This document shows, one piece after another, positions 44,662 through 56,471 of a DNA stretch of 64,000 nt. The stretch spans positions 15,580,140-15,644,139 of the forward strand of contig CP154954.1 of NCBI GenBank assembly GCA_039621445.1, written 5' to 3'. Position numbers and translations under genes: made by a program. The stretch's first letter is position 1; every line of letters starts with the position of its first letter. This DNA comes from Euglena gracilis. Taxonomy: Eukaryota. A model generated the notes under the pieces. That model made no database searches, was not told the DNA's origin, and was given only the letters and a program-made list of their open reading frames with translations.

Positions 44662-47600
44662 GCCGAGCCCCCCAGGGGGGGGGGTCCCCCAGGGGGGTCT
44701 GCCCAGGGGGGAGTGGGTCATACTTTTCGGCGCCGAAGGCACCAAAATTTTTGAAAAAGTGTTTTTTTTTTCAATTTTCGTGATTTTCTGGCCATTTTCG
44801 GGGGAAGGAAAGTGGGTCCCCCGGGACCCCCTCGGGGGCCCCCCCTGCCTCCTCCCGTATTTCTGGGAGCACCAATTTTCGCTCCAAAAATTGTTTCCCA
44901 GCGCCCTCTGAGCCAGGTGGAAAAATGCTGTGGTGGGTGGGGGTCGACCATCCCCCCACCAGGTCTTCCCGTTCTGCCCTGGGGGGGGGTGGCGGGCAGC
45001 ACACTTCCAATCCCAGGGGGTGGGTGGGTACGTGACCCCCCTCCCGGTCTTTAAAAAAAAACCTGCTTTTGGCAATGTGCCCCCCGCCCCAATGCTGGAT
45101 GGACCTGGAAAATGGCTTCTGGGTGTGAAAAAAAAATGCTGGGTGTGAGGAGATTGGTTCTATTTTTCCTGATCCATCAGCCCCTTCAACTGGACCTGCC
45201 CCACTGCCCAGCTTTATACCACCCAGCACCACCTCCCGTTTTGAACCAGACAAGTCCACTGACCAGTCGGCTTCCCGCCTGGTGGACACGCATTCCTGTT
45301 GGGCATCCAGTGTCTGCCTCTTGCAAACTAACTCGAGGCTATTTCTGAGGGATTTTCTCCCTCAGAAATAGCCTCAAAACACACTGTCCATTAACTCACA
45401 CCAAAATGGCCCCATCAAAGTTAACACTTTGGTTAACTTTGGGAGCCAAGGTTAAAACCTTGTTTTGAGGTTCTTTTTTTTTGCTGCCGTTTCCCTATCA
45501 GTTCAGAACACACAGCATTTAGGCCACGCAAACACAAGGTCCAACCATTCCCACAAGCATCCACGATGCCACCATTTACAATCAGCGTCTAGGCACATTT
45601 CAGGCACAGTTTGGGCACTCAACGTCCAGCACCTGGAGACCTCTGCTTGACTGCCACCAGGGCAGACGGCAGTGAACGGGCGGTGACGCCATGTCCAAAC
45701 GGTAGTGCCTCCACTGGTGTGGGGCAGGAACGTCCAGTGCCGAATCCGCTCCCCTCATGCCAACAAACCATCTGGCCCAGCAATAGGAAGCGGAATCCTG
45801 TCTCCCTCGTCCAGGGGTCTACATTGGATGATTGTCACACTTGCTCTCCTTTTGGAGACATTTGCTTTTGTTGGGTAAAGAGGCCATGTCCTCTGTTGAC
45901 GAGGTTGATATCGGCCTGAAGCTGATTAACTGTTGTGACATGAGGTGGAGGAAGTGGAGAACCGTTTCCCCCAAAAGTCTCAGAGGAACCGATGCCAAAA
46001 TTGAAAAATGCTGGCAGGTTTTGCTAATTCCTTCAGTCCAGGGGGAAGCGTTTTCCCGCTTACCCCCAAAAAGGAAGCGGAATCCTTCTTCAAAAACACC
46101 GCCAAAAATCTCCAAAAAAATAAAGTCAAGCCTGACACCCAAAATTTTCAGGTCAAAATTTGCAGGTTTTCTGGTGCCAATCTCGGGGTTAAAATCCAGT
46201 CCACCCGACCCCGCCTAAAGATTTAGTCACTGCCCCCCCCCCCCCCGGGGGGGGGAGGTAGGTGAATGGAGTTTTCAGAGTGACTGACTGGTTTTTGCCT
46301 GTACCGACACCCTCCCCCCCCTGAGGTGGTCGGGAAAAAACCACTGAATTGACCAGACGCCGAAGGCGCCGGAGAATTTCTTTTTGGCCTTTCTTCTCCC
46401 GTTTTTGGGTTAATTACCTTTGGATTCCAGAGTGGCCGACCCCCTCGGGGGGGGGGGGGTAGTGACTGACTGGTTTTCCAAAAAAATTGAGTGCCTCGTT
46501 TTTGGAAGAGTTGAAGTGACCCCCCCCCCCCCCGGGGTCAGTAAAAAGTTGTATGGTGCCACAGGTCTACAGGGTGGACCACTTTTTTTCCCATCTCGGC
46601 GGCTCCTCCCCTGAGACAGTGCCATCCCTGATTCTCTTTGCGAACAACCTTCAGGGTAAGAAGTCCCCCCCCCCGGTTCCTCCTTGGTTTGGAGGACCCA
46701 GCCAAGCCTGGGTTCGAAAAAGGCAGGTCGTCTGAGCCCCTCGCCACGCCAGACCACGGACCACAGGGGGACAAGGATTTGGGTTTCACCGCTTTGCCAG
46801 GCGTAGGACGCACCCTCTCCTCGCCTTCTCTCTCTTCTTTCCTCCCCTCCCATATTCAATACCCTGCTGATTATAGAACAGGGCCTACTGTTACCCAAAC
46901 AGTTGCTTTCTGGCACTGCGGCAGGAAATGAGAAAGGCATCGTCACCGTTTTGTCTCTGGTCCCTTTCCAGTATTTTTTTTTCAAACGCTGGTGGGACGC
47001 ACATTATTGTTACCGCAAATTTTTTCTTGCCTGAGACCACTGCAGAATATTTTTGTTTTGCATTTTGGCTTTACTTGTTGTGTTCGCCGGCGTCACCGCA
47101 GATATTATGCCCTCGGCAGCACCACCAGAAAACCTGTTTATTGTTGTGATGTGGCTGACGGTTTCTGTGCTATGGGCCACAAACGCCGCGGCAAAAGATC
47201 TGTTCCACTGCCGCAGAAAGGAAATCTCGGTCCCGCGGCGTGAGCGCTGTGGCGCACTAATTACAAGTCCAGCATCGTCAACATTAGAGGAGAGAACAAC
47301 CAAGCCACAAGTGCGCAGAAACAGAAGCCAGATTTCAACTGCACTTGCAGTGCGTATTGGCTCCTTCACATCTATAGCACTGGTTTCCCTCTGAATTGTG
47401 TCTTTCACCGGCTGCACTGCATCATTTGATTACAAGATGCACCCGCACATGCATCCATGCTCACACACACAAAGACGCACGGACACACCAACGCCCAGAC
47501 GCGAACGTCGTTCTTGTTTTGTCCTCGGTTGACTGCCGTCACTAGGGGCCTACAGGCTCTGCAATGGATCGAAAGGCACCGCAGAACCCCAGATTCCGCA

Positions 47601-48689
47601 GCATATTATCCTGTGTCCCTTGCAGGGATCTTTCCCCCTTTTTTACTTTCCTCCTTCTTTGGGCATAAGTAAATGCATGCATTTACATGCATACATGCAT
47701 GCGCGCGTACACACATGCATACATGCAAACATTTACAGGCGTGCATTCATACATGCATGTTTGCACACATACATGTATAAACACTTGCAGGGAATGCTGG
47801 TGTTCAGAATTTGTCTTCTGCCAAATTTTTAGTCCATGAGTGTGTGACCAGTGTTTTCACTTTGCAAACCGTGTGCGGCCCCTTTTACAATGACTGGTCC
47901 AGTCTTGCCACGTCCGTTGCTCGGAGTTCTCCCAAACTCCGACTTCTTTCCTCCCCACTACACAGTCCTCTTTTGCTCAACTTTCTTGTTCGCCACGTTA
48001 CCACATCCTTTAGGAGGAGCCTAATCTTCCAAAGCCAATGAATGCTCAGTGGGCACAATGGTGTCAATGCCTGCCAATGCCAACCAATGCTTACAGTGGA
48101 ATGTCGAAATTTGGCAGAAGGTTCACGTTTGAAGCGCCGAAAGGGAACACCAATGCGGATGCCATTGCTCATCTGGGTTACCTCTGTTTTGTTTTTCCTC
48201 CACCCCAGACACAATAAAATGAACTGAAGCGGGCTGCTTTTTGACTTTTTTTGTCCCCCCCGCCACACACGACCGTTCGCCAGTGTAACTGCAACCAGCT
48301 GCGATGTGGCTGGTGAATGTTGCCCCCCCCCTCCCCCCCCCCGAGCTTTGTCTGCGGCTTTTCTCCACCTGGAAGATGCTCTGCAAATGACATTTTTTTG
48401 TTGTCCCATTGTGTTAATGTTTGAGAATACAATTATTTCATTTTGTTTTGTTTTATTTTGAGTTAATTGAATTGGCATATGGTCATATTAGAAGGTTATT
48501 ATAAAAGTCATACTTGATGTACAGTACACTATTGTGTTTGAATTATATATTATATTTGAATAATGTTTATATTTGTATCACAATCTATATGTTCACACTT
48601 TACTTTTTGTATTTTGCATTTTATGTTAATTTTTGTATTTGCATTATATTGATGTTCATATTTACATTTATATTATGTAAATATTTAAA

Positions 48690-48933
48690 TCTATATTTTT
48701 ATTCATATTTATATTCATTCATTCATCTGTTTATTTGTTTATTTGTTTATTTATTTGTTTATTTATTATATTTTAGTATATTTTATTATATTTATTTATT
48801 CATTCATTTATTTATTCGTTTATTTATTTATTTATTCATTTATTTATTTATTTGCTTATTCATTCATTTTTTATTCATTCATTCATTCATTCATTCATTC
48901 ATTCATTCATTTATTTTTGTATTTATTTATTTG

Positions 48934-48964
<31 letters not shown>

Positions 48965-48979
48965 GTTCATTTATTGTTT

Positions 48980-49011
<32 letters not shown>

Positions 49012-49320
49012 TTTGTATATTCATTCATACATGCATTCATTCATTCATTCATTCATTCTTTCATTCATTCATTCATTCATTCATTCATCCATCCATCCAT
49101 CCATCCATTCGTTCATTCATTCATTCATCCATTCATTCATTCATTCGTTGTTTGTTTGTTTGTTTGTTTTCATTCATTCATTCGTTGTTTGTTTGTTTGT
49201 TTGTTTGTTTGTTTGTTTCTTATTCATTCATTCATTCATTCATTCATTCATTCATTCATTCATTCATTCATTCATTCATTCATTCATTTATTTATGTATG
49301 TATGTATTCATCATTGTTAT
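48690..49320. repeat. (TTTA)n/(TTCA)n/(TTTG)n microsatellite in an AT-rich tract
   Basis: Directly visible. Confidence 0.95.
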
Positions 49321-51971
49321 TTGTAGTTGTATTTACATTTATTATTTTGCATTTATATATTTTATAGGTTTTTATTTGAAAATTTATATTTAGTTTTTTA
49401 TTTAACAGAATTGTATTTTCAATATCCATAATTTTACTATTTTTAATTTATCTATCTGTATTTGTATTTTGTATTTTGTATTTATGGTTGTAGTTATAAT
49501 TTATTATTATACTATTATTATTTTGTAGTATATCCTGCTTTATACTGGAATATTATTACAAAAGCATTGTTATATTTTTTATTTGCATTTGTATTTGTAT
49601 TTTGTATCTGTATTTGTATACTATGAAGACTTTGGAATGCTCCATCTCATTGGTTTATGAATGTCCCACTTGCTTCTTCATTTTCTTTTTTCAATTGTCA
49701 TTTTTGAAAAGGCAACATTCTGTTTTCCTTTACTCATCCCTCCAACTTTCAGATCATGGCCTGCTTCTGTATCATGCTTGGAAAATGCTGCTTTCTATTC
49801 TCTGCACTCTTCCCTATCCTCGGACCTGCCTTCGATTCACTTAGATTTGGCCTGCCCCTGCATTTTAACCTTATATGTACCCCCCCCCCCCTGTCGAATG
49901 CTCCTGCTTCTTGATTGCCCTTTTAAAAGCTATATTCCAAGGAGATTATTTTTTTTACGTTTTGTGGTGTATTACCCCCTTGTCCAACGACCATTAATGT
50001 TCATCTCTGACTGAGGGGAATGGATCCCAGGTCGGCAAAAAAAATGGATACAGCTGGGGTATGGGAATGACCATTTTGGGCCTTTTGGGCACCTTTGGCT
50101 TTTTTTTGTATCTCATTTTCGACCGGTTTTTTTTTTGCTATTTTTGGCCGATTCTTAGCAATTTTCGGCTATTTGTCACAATCTCGGAAAAAAAAAGTGG
50201 TGTGAAACAGGCCACCGCGACCAAAGTGTCCACAAATTATCCAAAGTGGCAGAAATTAATTTAGGTGTGCAAGGCATTTTCAGCCATTGTCAGATTGTAT
50301 GCTTATCGTCCCAACAAATTACAAAAAGAACAGCCACTCTGAAACATTGCAAAAAAGTGAATTAAATTATACACATCTTCACACAATTATTGAACTAACA
50401 TCGCGTGCCGAAAAGATTACATTTGATCAAGGGACAGGGGATTTGGTGTTTCTTTTGGCCTGGCCAACACACTGTCAATTCACACATCTCTGTGCTTGTG
50501 TATTTGGTAAACCCCTAAAATAAGACCCGGACCGAGCAACAAAGATCCAGAAATAAGTCTTCTCCCCCAATGCCGCAAAGTGACAGAGACGGCTTCCCTG
50601 AAGAATTATCAAAAACCAACTTTTAGACACATCAAGGATAAAGACCAAATTTTTGTCAAATTAATGTATTTGGCACTAAACATATGCTGTGAAGCACAGA
50701 ATGGAGAAGAAAGAGTTTGAAACTTGAAAAATGATGATTTTTGGGCCGTGTCGGTCAAGAAAAACACAAGAATAAGACCTAGAGATTTCCAGCAACGGAC
50801 CTAAAATACAAGACCCAGGTTGGTTGTATTCGGCGGGAGGAGGTCAAGACTACCAAAGTGAAACCCTGGGCCCACTTTTTTTTGGTATTTTTGCTAAAAA
50901 TCTCAAAGGTCTTTTATCTTTTGGGGTCCACTGTTTTTGAATTTTTGAAAGAACCTTCTGCAAAAGCATTCCTGCAAAAGCAGGATTTTTGACAATGAAA
51001 AGGGGTGAGCAAATATTATCCCCAAAAATGCACAGTTTCAACAAATCAAAATGCGTCGAAGGAAGACACACACAGTCAAAAAATCATCCATTCTGGGGCA
51101 TTTTCACAAGTTTGGGGTGAGTTACATTTTATAAATAGCCAAGGGATGTTGTTACTGTTTCATGAACAACCTTTTTTTACATTAATTCTGGGGGCTTCCT
51201 TTGGGGGTTATTTAACCCTGATTTTGCTTTGCTTCTCTGTGGCTTCTTGTCAAGGTTGCACCCCACCGAGGGGGTTGGGGGCAACCAGGGGAGGCTGATG
51301 TTGGGGGGTGGCCCACACCAGGGAGTCGTGTCATCAGTCGAGACAAAGCTTTCCGTCACGAAATGCTGGGATTTTTTTTTATAAAAACTGCCAAAAGATG
51401 ATAGAAGGGTGGCTTTTAAGGGTTTTTCTTCAAAAGTACCCTTAAAGAAAATTCGGCCAAAACCTCCACGTTGAAACTGCCAACAAGGTAGAAAGGTCAG
51501 GAATGATGAAAATTAGGGGTTTGTGGGATTTTCGCACAAACACAAACAGACCAAGGGTTTTCCTTGTGACCCCCCAGGTCCAGGGTCCAGGGGATCCTGG
51601 GTTGTTTAACCTGCTGCCCCTGCCGTCACTGGAGCTGGGCTGGGCCAATGGTTTTTTTTTGCCAATTTGGGTGTGGGGGCGGGTTGACCCACAACCTAGT
51701 GTACAAGTATGTGTGTATGAGTGAGAGAGAGTGCGTGTGTGCGTGTGTGAAAAGGTGTTTTATGGACAAGATTGAAGAGGACACTACCGAAGTGAATTTT
51801 TGCTCTGCTTGCTCGATCCCTACTTGGCGATGCCAACTTTGGCACTGCGAGCAAGGGTCGTGCCCCACCTCTGTGGTAGTGTTCATGGTTAGCTGGCAAC
51901 GGGTGGCGACATGTCTGACGCCAATCGCGCAGCCTGTTTTTGGAGGTGGAAAGGCGACGGAGGGGGGGGGG

Positions 51972-52418
51972 CATACATCTCTCTAAGGTTTTGCGAACCC
52001 CCCCCGGGGGGGCGGCTGCAGCCAGTCCTGATTTGGGCCCAGCCCAGCCGCAGCAGCCCCCCCCCCCCCCTCCGGGGGGGTGCTGCTAGCCCAGCTAGCC
52101 AGCCCCTTTTTTGGGGGTCCAGCCCAAAATTTTTCGGCGCAAAGCGCCGATATTTTTTGAAAAACTGTGTTCAAAAGTGGCCAAAAATGGGGTTTGGGGG
52201 CGTTTGGGGCATTTTGGGGGGGGTTCAGATGCATAATTTTTTTCAAAACTGTGTTCTGCAGGTCATTTTTGGGCATTTTTCCGATTTCAGTCCAGCTCGC
52301 CCCGGTTCGGGTCCAGCCGGGGCCCAGCCCCCCCCCCCCCGGGGGGGGGCGGGCTAGCCAGCCCAAATTTCTAGCCCTAGCCCAGCACCTCCCCCCGGGG
52401 TCCTTAAAGAGATGTATG
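51972..52418. mobile_element. MITE with TIR catacatctctctaagg/ccttaaagagatgtatg in poly-G (related copy ~36317-37040)
   Basis: 17-bp TIR with one mismatch; body similar to 56035-56471. Confidence 0.75.
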
Positions 52419-52556
52419 GGGGGGGCTCACCTTGTCGAGGCCTGAATGTCAAGGGGAGGTGCGGGCCGAAGGAACTTCTATCCTTAACACTCTCCGCCCC
52501 CCCCCCCCAGGGCCTAGAGGGTGGCAGACACCCCCTGGCCGCCCCCCCCCCCGCTC

Positions 52557-52606
52557 GTGTCCGTCCGTCCGTCCGTCTGTCTGCCTGTCTGCCTGTCTGT
52601 CTGTCT

Positions 52607-52640
<34 letters not shown>

Positions 52641-52650
52641 CTGTCCGTCT

Positions 52651-52684
<34 letters not shown>

Positions 52685-52694
52685 CTGTCCGTCT

Positions 52695-52746
<52 letters not shown>

Positions 52747-52866
52747 GCCTGCCTGTCTGCCTGCCTGTCTGTCTGCCTGTCTGTCTCTCTGTCTGCCTGT
52801 CTGTCTGCCTGCCTGTCTGTCTGTCTGTCTGCCTGCCTGCCTGCCTGCTTGTCTATCTGTCTGTCC
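52557..52866. repeat. (GTCT)n/(GTCC)n/(GCCT)n microsatellite
   Basis: Directly visible. Confidence 0.95.
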
Positions 52867-54347
52867 TGAAAATACTAAATGAAATGAAGATGATTGTCTG
52901 CATCATCCAACGTCCTGGTTGTTTCGCCTCCCCCATACCCCGATAAGAGGGGAAGCACCTTTTGCTCCTTTTGGGCATTGATTTTTCGGTTGGTTTTGGT
53001 TGTGTTGCAAGGGAACAGGTAAAATGAATGTTGGTGGCATACAACAGATATTGTGTGATGAATCTTGTTCAACAGGAGGTAAAATCATTCTGAAGAGGGG
53101 CACCTCGTGACTCCCGCCTATGGTTGGTTTAGTTGGAGCCCCTTGCTTCGGAAGCGGGAAGTCCAAAGCCGGAGGAGATCCTAACCTGGGGGGGGGGCTT
53201 CCAGCAACCAGCAGTTTTTTTTCCCTGTCAACAATTCCCAACTGGGCTGCACACTTTCAACGAGGGCCGGCAGAAACAAGGTTGCGGCCACCTCAGCCCA
53301 GTTGATTGCTAAATTTTAGGACTGGAGGGATTGCAAAATGGCCAAAGGGAGCCCATCCTGGACCACACAATCACTCAGCCACACATCACCTGCCCCCCAG
53401 GGTGACTCACTGTTTTTTTTTCCAGAGTGACTGACTGGTTTTTGGCCCGGACCCCCCCTCCCCCCCAGGAGAGGGAGTCGGCCAGGGGTGGGCAAAAGTG
53501 GCTTGGGTGACCCGGACGGCAGCCGGGGAAACTTATTTGGCCTAAAATGGCCTAAACTGACTGGAAAGTGGCTGGCTTTCCTGAGTGGCCCGGGGGGGGG
53601 GGGGGTTACTGACCGGTTTCTCAAAGAAAAGTCAACGACTGGTTTTTCGAAGATTGGAGTGACCCCCCCCCCCCTAGGGGGTCGGTCAAAAATTTTGGGG
53701 CCTGGACCCCCACCTCCCCCTCCCCCCGTTGGGACTCCATTGACACTTTCCCCCCCAACCAACACTTTTTCCCTGCCACTCACTCAACCCCCGAGCCGCT
53801 CCATTCGTTTTTCCAAATGCGGCATTGGCTTCGGGTTCCCACCCATCGCCACGTGAGCTTTGACCTCCGACGGCTCCTTTGCTGTCGGCCCGCTGACCCC
53901 CTTTCCATTGGCAACGCCCCGCCCCCTGCCAGGGATTTCCGGGGGGCTTGCCACTCCAAGACAGAGCCCCCCTCCAGGGCCTGGCTTGACGTCGCAGGAA
54001 CGGTTCAGACAGTCATTTTTCGGGCCCCAAGGTGGCACGTTGTGGTGCACCCAGAGCCCAAATAGCTTTTTTTTTGGTGAACTTCAGGACACCAGAATTC
54101 TTCAAGGTCCCTAAAATTTGTTATATCAAACCACATTGTTAATGGTCCATAGAATTTGTGATATCAATATACAAAAAAACAATATACAACAAAAAATTAA
54201 ATTCAAATAAAGTGTTAATATTTGAAATATTTTGATTGCGATTTTTTTAAAAAATTTTATAGGAAGACTGATATTGAATATTCGAAGTATTTTTTTTGGC
54301 ACGTGCGTTATATGTCTTAATTAATAGAATTATAATTCTGACAAAGG

Positions 54348-54851
54348 CAAGTGTTAAGTTTAGTCCCCTCCCCCCTAGGGGGGTACTAAACTTGACACCG
54401 GGTTGGGCACGGGGCATACACCTGGGTTAGTGGAGGGCGCATGGTTAGGGTTAGGACCGGCCTGAGGTCGTCCGCCGCACGCACGCGACGCCGCGCAACC
54501 TGCCCTGCGCACGTGGGCCCAACTGCCTTGACTGCCCACACCGCAAATCGCGGCACCGGCCCCTTTTGGAGTCACTCACTCCCAAGGCAAAGGGAGGGCG
54601 AAGTCCCTTATGGGGGCCGACTCTTCGGCGGGCTTTATCTTTCTTTCCTTCTGTCAGTCTGCCGCCTTTCGGGATCGCGCAGCTGGGCCACTGGGCCAGC
54701 AGGGAGGATGCGCTGCGTCGCGCGCGCGACGACCTCAGGCCCGCCGGTCCCAACCTTAACCCTAACCACTGACCCCAAGGTGTGTACCCTGTGCCGAACC
54801 CGGTGTCAAGTTTAGTACCCCCTAGGGGAGGGGAACTGAACTTAACACTTG
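54348..54851. mobile_element. Imperfect ~500-bp GC-rich foldback element in AT-rich DNA
   Basis: caagtgttaagtt...tactaaacttgacaccgggtt mirrored by aacccggtgtcaagtttagta...aacttaacacttg; pairing extends inward roughly 170 bp. Confidence 0.8.
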
Positions 54852-56034
54852 TCATATGTATGTATATACATATTATTAACATTATAGTAATTATAATTAT
54901 CTGTACTATGATTATTCAATGCAATTAATTATATTTAAAATTATATATTGAATTAGCTTTATTAAGATAATAAATTTATATAGCTAAGTATATAACCAAT
55001 TATATAGTTATGAGTAATTATAATGTAAATTAATATATATAAGACATAATATATGAGATATATTCATATAGACATATACATATAGACAGATTCATATAGA
55101 CATAAGACATATACATATATATAAGATATATACTATACATTATTATGTATATGATAAAATATTGCGCATATGTATAAATTTGTGCCCCCCCCAAGGGCAA
55201 AGGGTTGATAGGGATATTGAAGGAGTGGGCTCCATATGAACGATTTAGGGGGGGTTATAAATTTCAATACAACGTATTATAGAGTACCCGCGCCGCCCCC
55301 GGCAATTGACGCCCCTGGGCAACTGACGCCCCCGGGCAATTGTCACCCCTGGCTGTGCCCGCCAAATTGTCACCCCGGGAAATTGCCACCCCCTTCCGTC
55401 CTGCCCAATTTGTCACCCCTCGTTTGCAGTATTGCACTGTGAACTTTCTTTTCACCGACAACTCGATTGATCTTTTGTTTCCCCACAACGTGCTTTTTGT
55501 AATTTTCTTGAAGCCATCCCACCATCCCACATGACTGCCTGGCCTGGTTTACGCCGGCGGTGGCTCACTGCGGGGCAGCGCCGGCCGCGGCGCCCGGCGC
55601 ACGCCGCCTTCTCTCCGGTGGGTCGGCGTTGCTGATTCGCCCGCAACGGCGGCCGCGGCGCCGGGGCTCGACCGCCGCGCCGGCCCGCGACCGCTCCGGC
55701 GCTACCGGCGGAGTTGGCCTTCGGGCTTGAGGCATGGAAACTGGACGGCGTTGAAGTCGGTTTGGACAGCCCGGTTCCGAATCGGCAAAGATGAACCGGA
55801 GGCGGTCCGACTTGAAAAGTCACCGGGAAATGGGGAGATTTAATTCTCACTTGGAAGCATCCAATTTTTTCCCTGCTGTGGAGGCATAAATCACCCCCCC
55901 CCCAAATGGAAGCGTGGGGCCGATTTTCTTTTGTGCCAGTGTTGTTTGTTCATTAATTATTTTTTTATTCATTAAACTTCCAATTTCCAGTTCCAAAATA
56001 GGTCAATAACAAAATCTTGATCTGCAGCCCAAGG

Positions 56035-56471
56035 CAGGCTTTTGCTTAAGGGATTGCACTACCCCCCCCCCCCCCGGGGGGGGCTGGACTGCAGCTAGTT
56101 CAGATTTGGCTAGTGGGATTTCTTGCAGACCACCCCGGGGGGGGTCTACTAGCAGGGCTCGGTAGTGGAATTTTTTTCCAAGTGACCGGCGTGAAACGCC
56201 GAAAATTTTTTTGGGACCCCCCAAAATGGCCAAAAATGCCCGTTTTTGGCCATTTTGGGGAATTGTTGGAACAAAATCAGCCAAAAACCTATTAAAAACC
56301 TCATTTCTTCCGGCGCACAGCGCCGGAGGAAAATTTTTTTTCCAGTTGGGGGGACCCCCGGACCCCCCCCCCCCCCCGGGGGAGGGGGGTCTAGCTAGTC
56401 CGTTTTTTCCAGTGTCTAGCCGATTGGCTGCCAGTACCCCCCCCCCCCCGGGGTCCTTAAGCAAAAGCCTG
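56035..56471. mobile_element. hAT-like MITE, 17-bp TIR caggcttttgcttaagg, 8-bp TSD gcccaagg
   Basis: TSD at 56027-56034 and 56472-56479. Confidence 0.9.

Larger units (their letters stand above)
40900..48230 (-). mobile_element. Probable decayed non-LTR retrotransposon ORF2 (reverse transcriptase), fragmented by nested insertions
   Basis: Degenerate RT-like motifs in canonical order on the minus strand: FRPIS (~45915), GFGTGRSC (~45735), LDVE (~45625), GIKLGSGAGP (~45210), FCD (~42325), LYP...GGFPLP (~41480). Frameshifts and stops lie between them. Confidence 0.5.
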
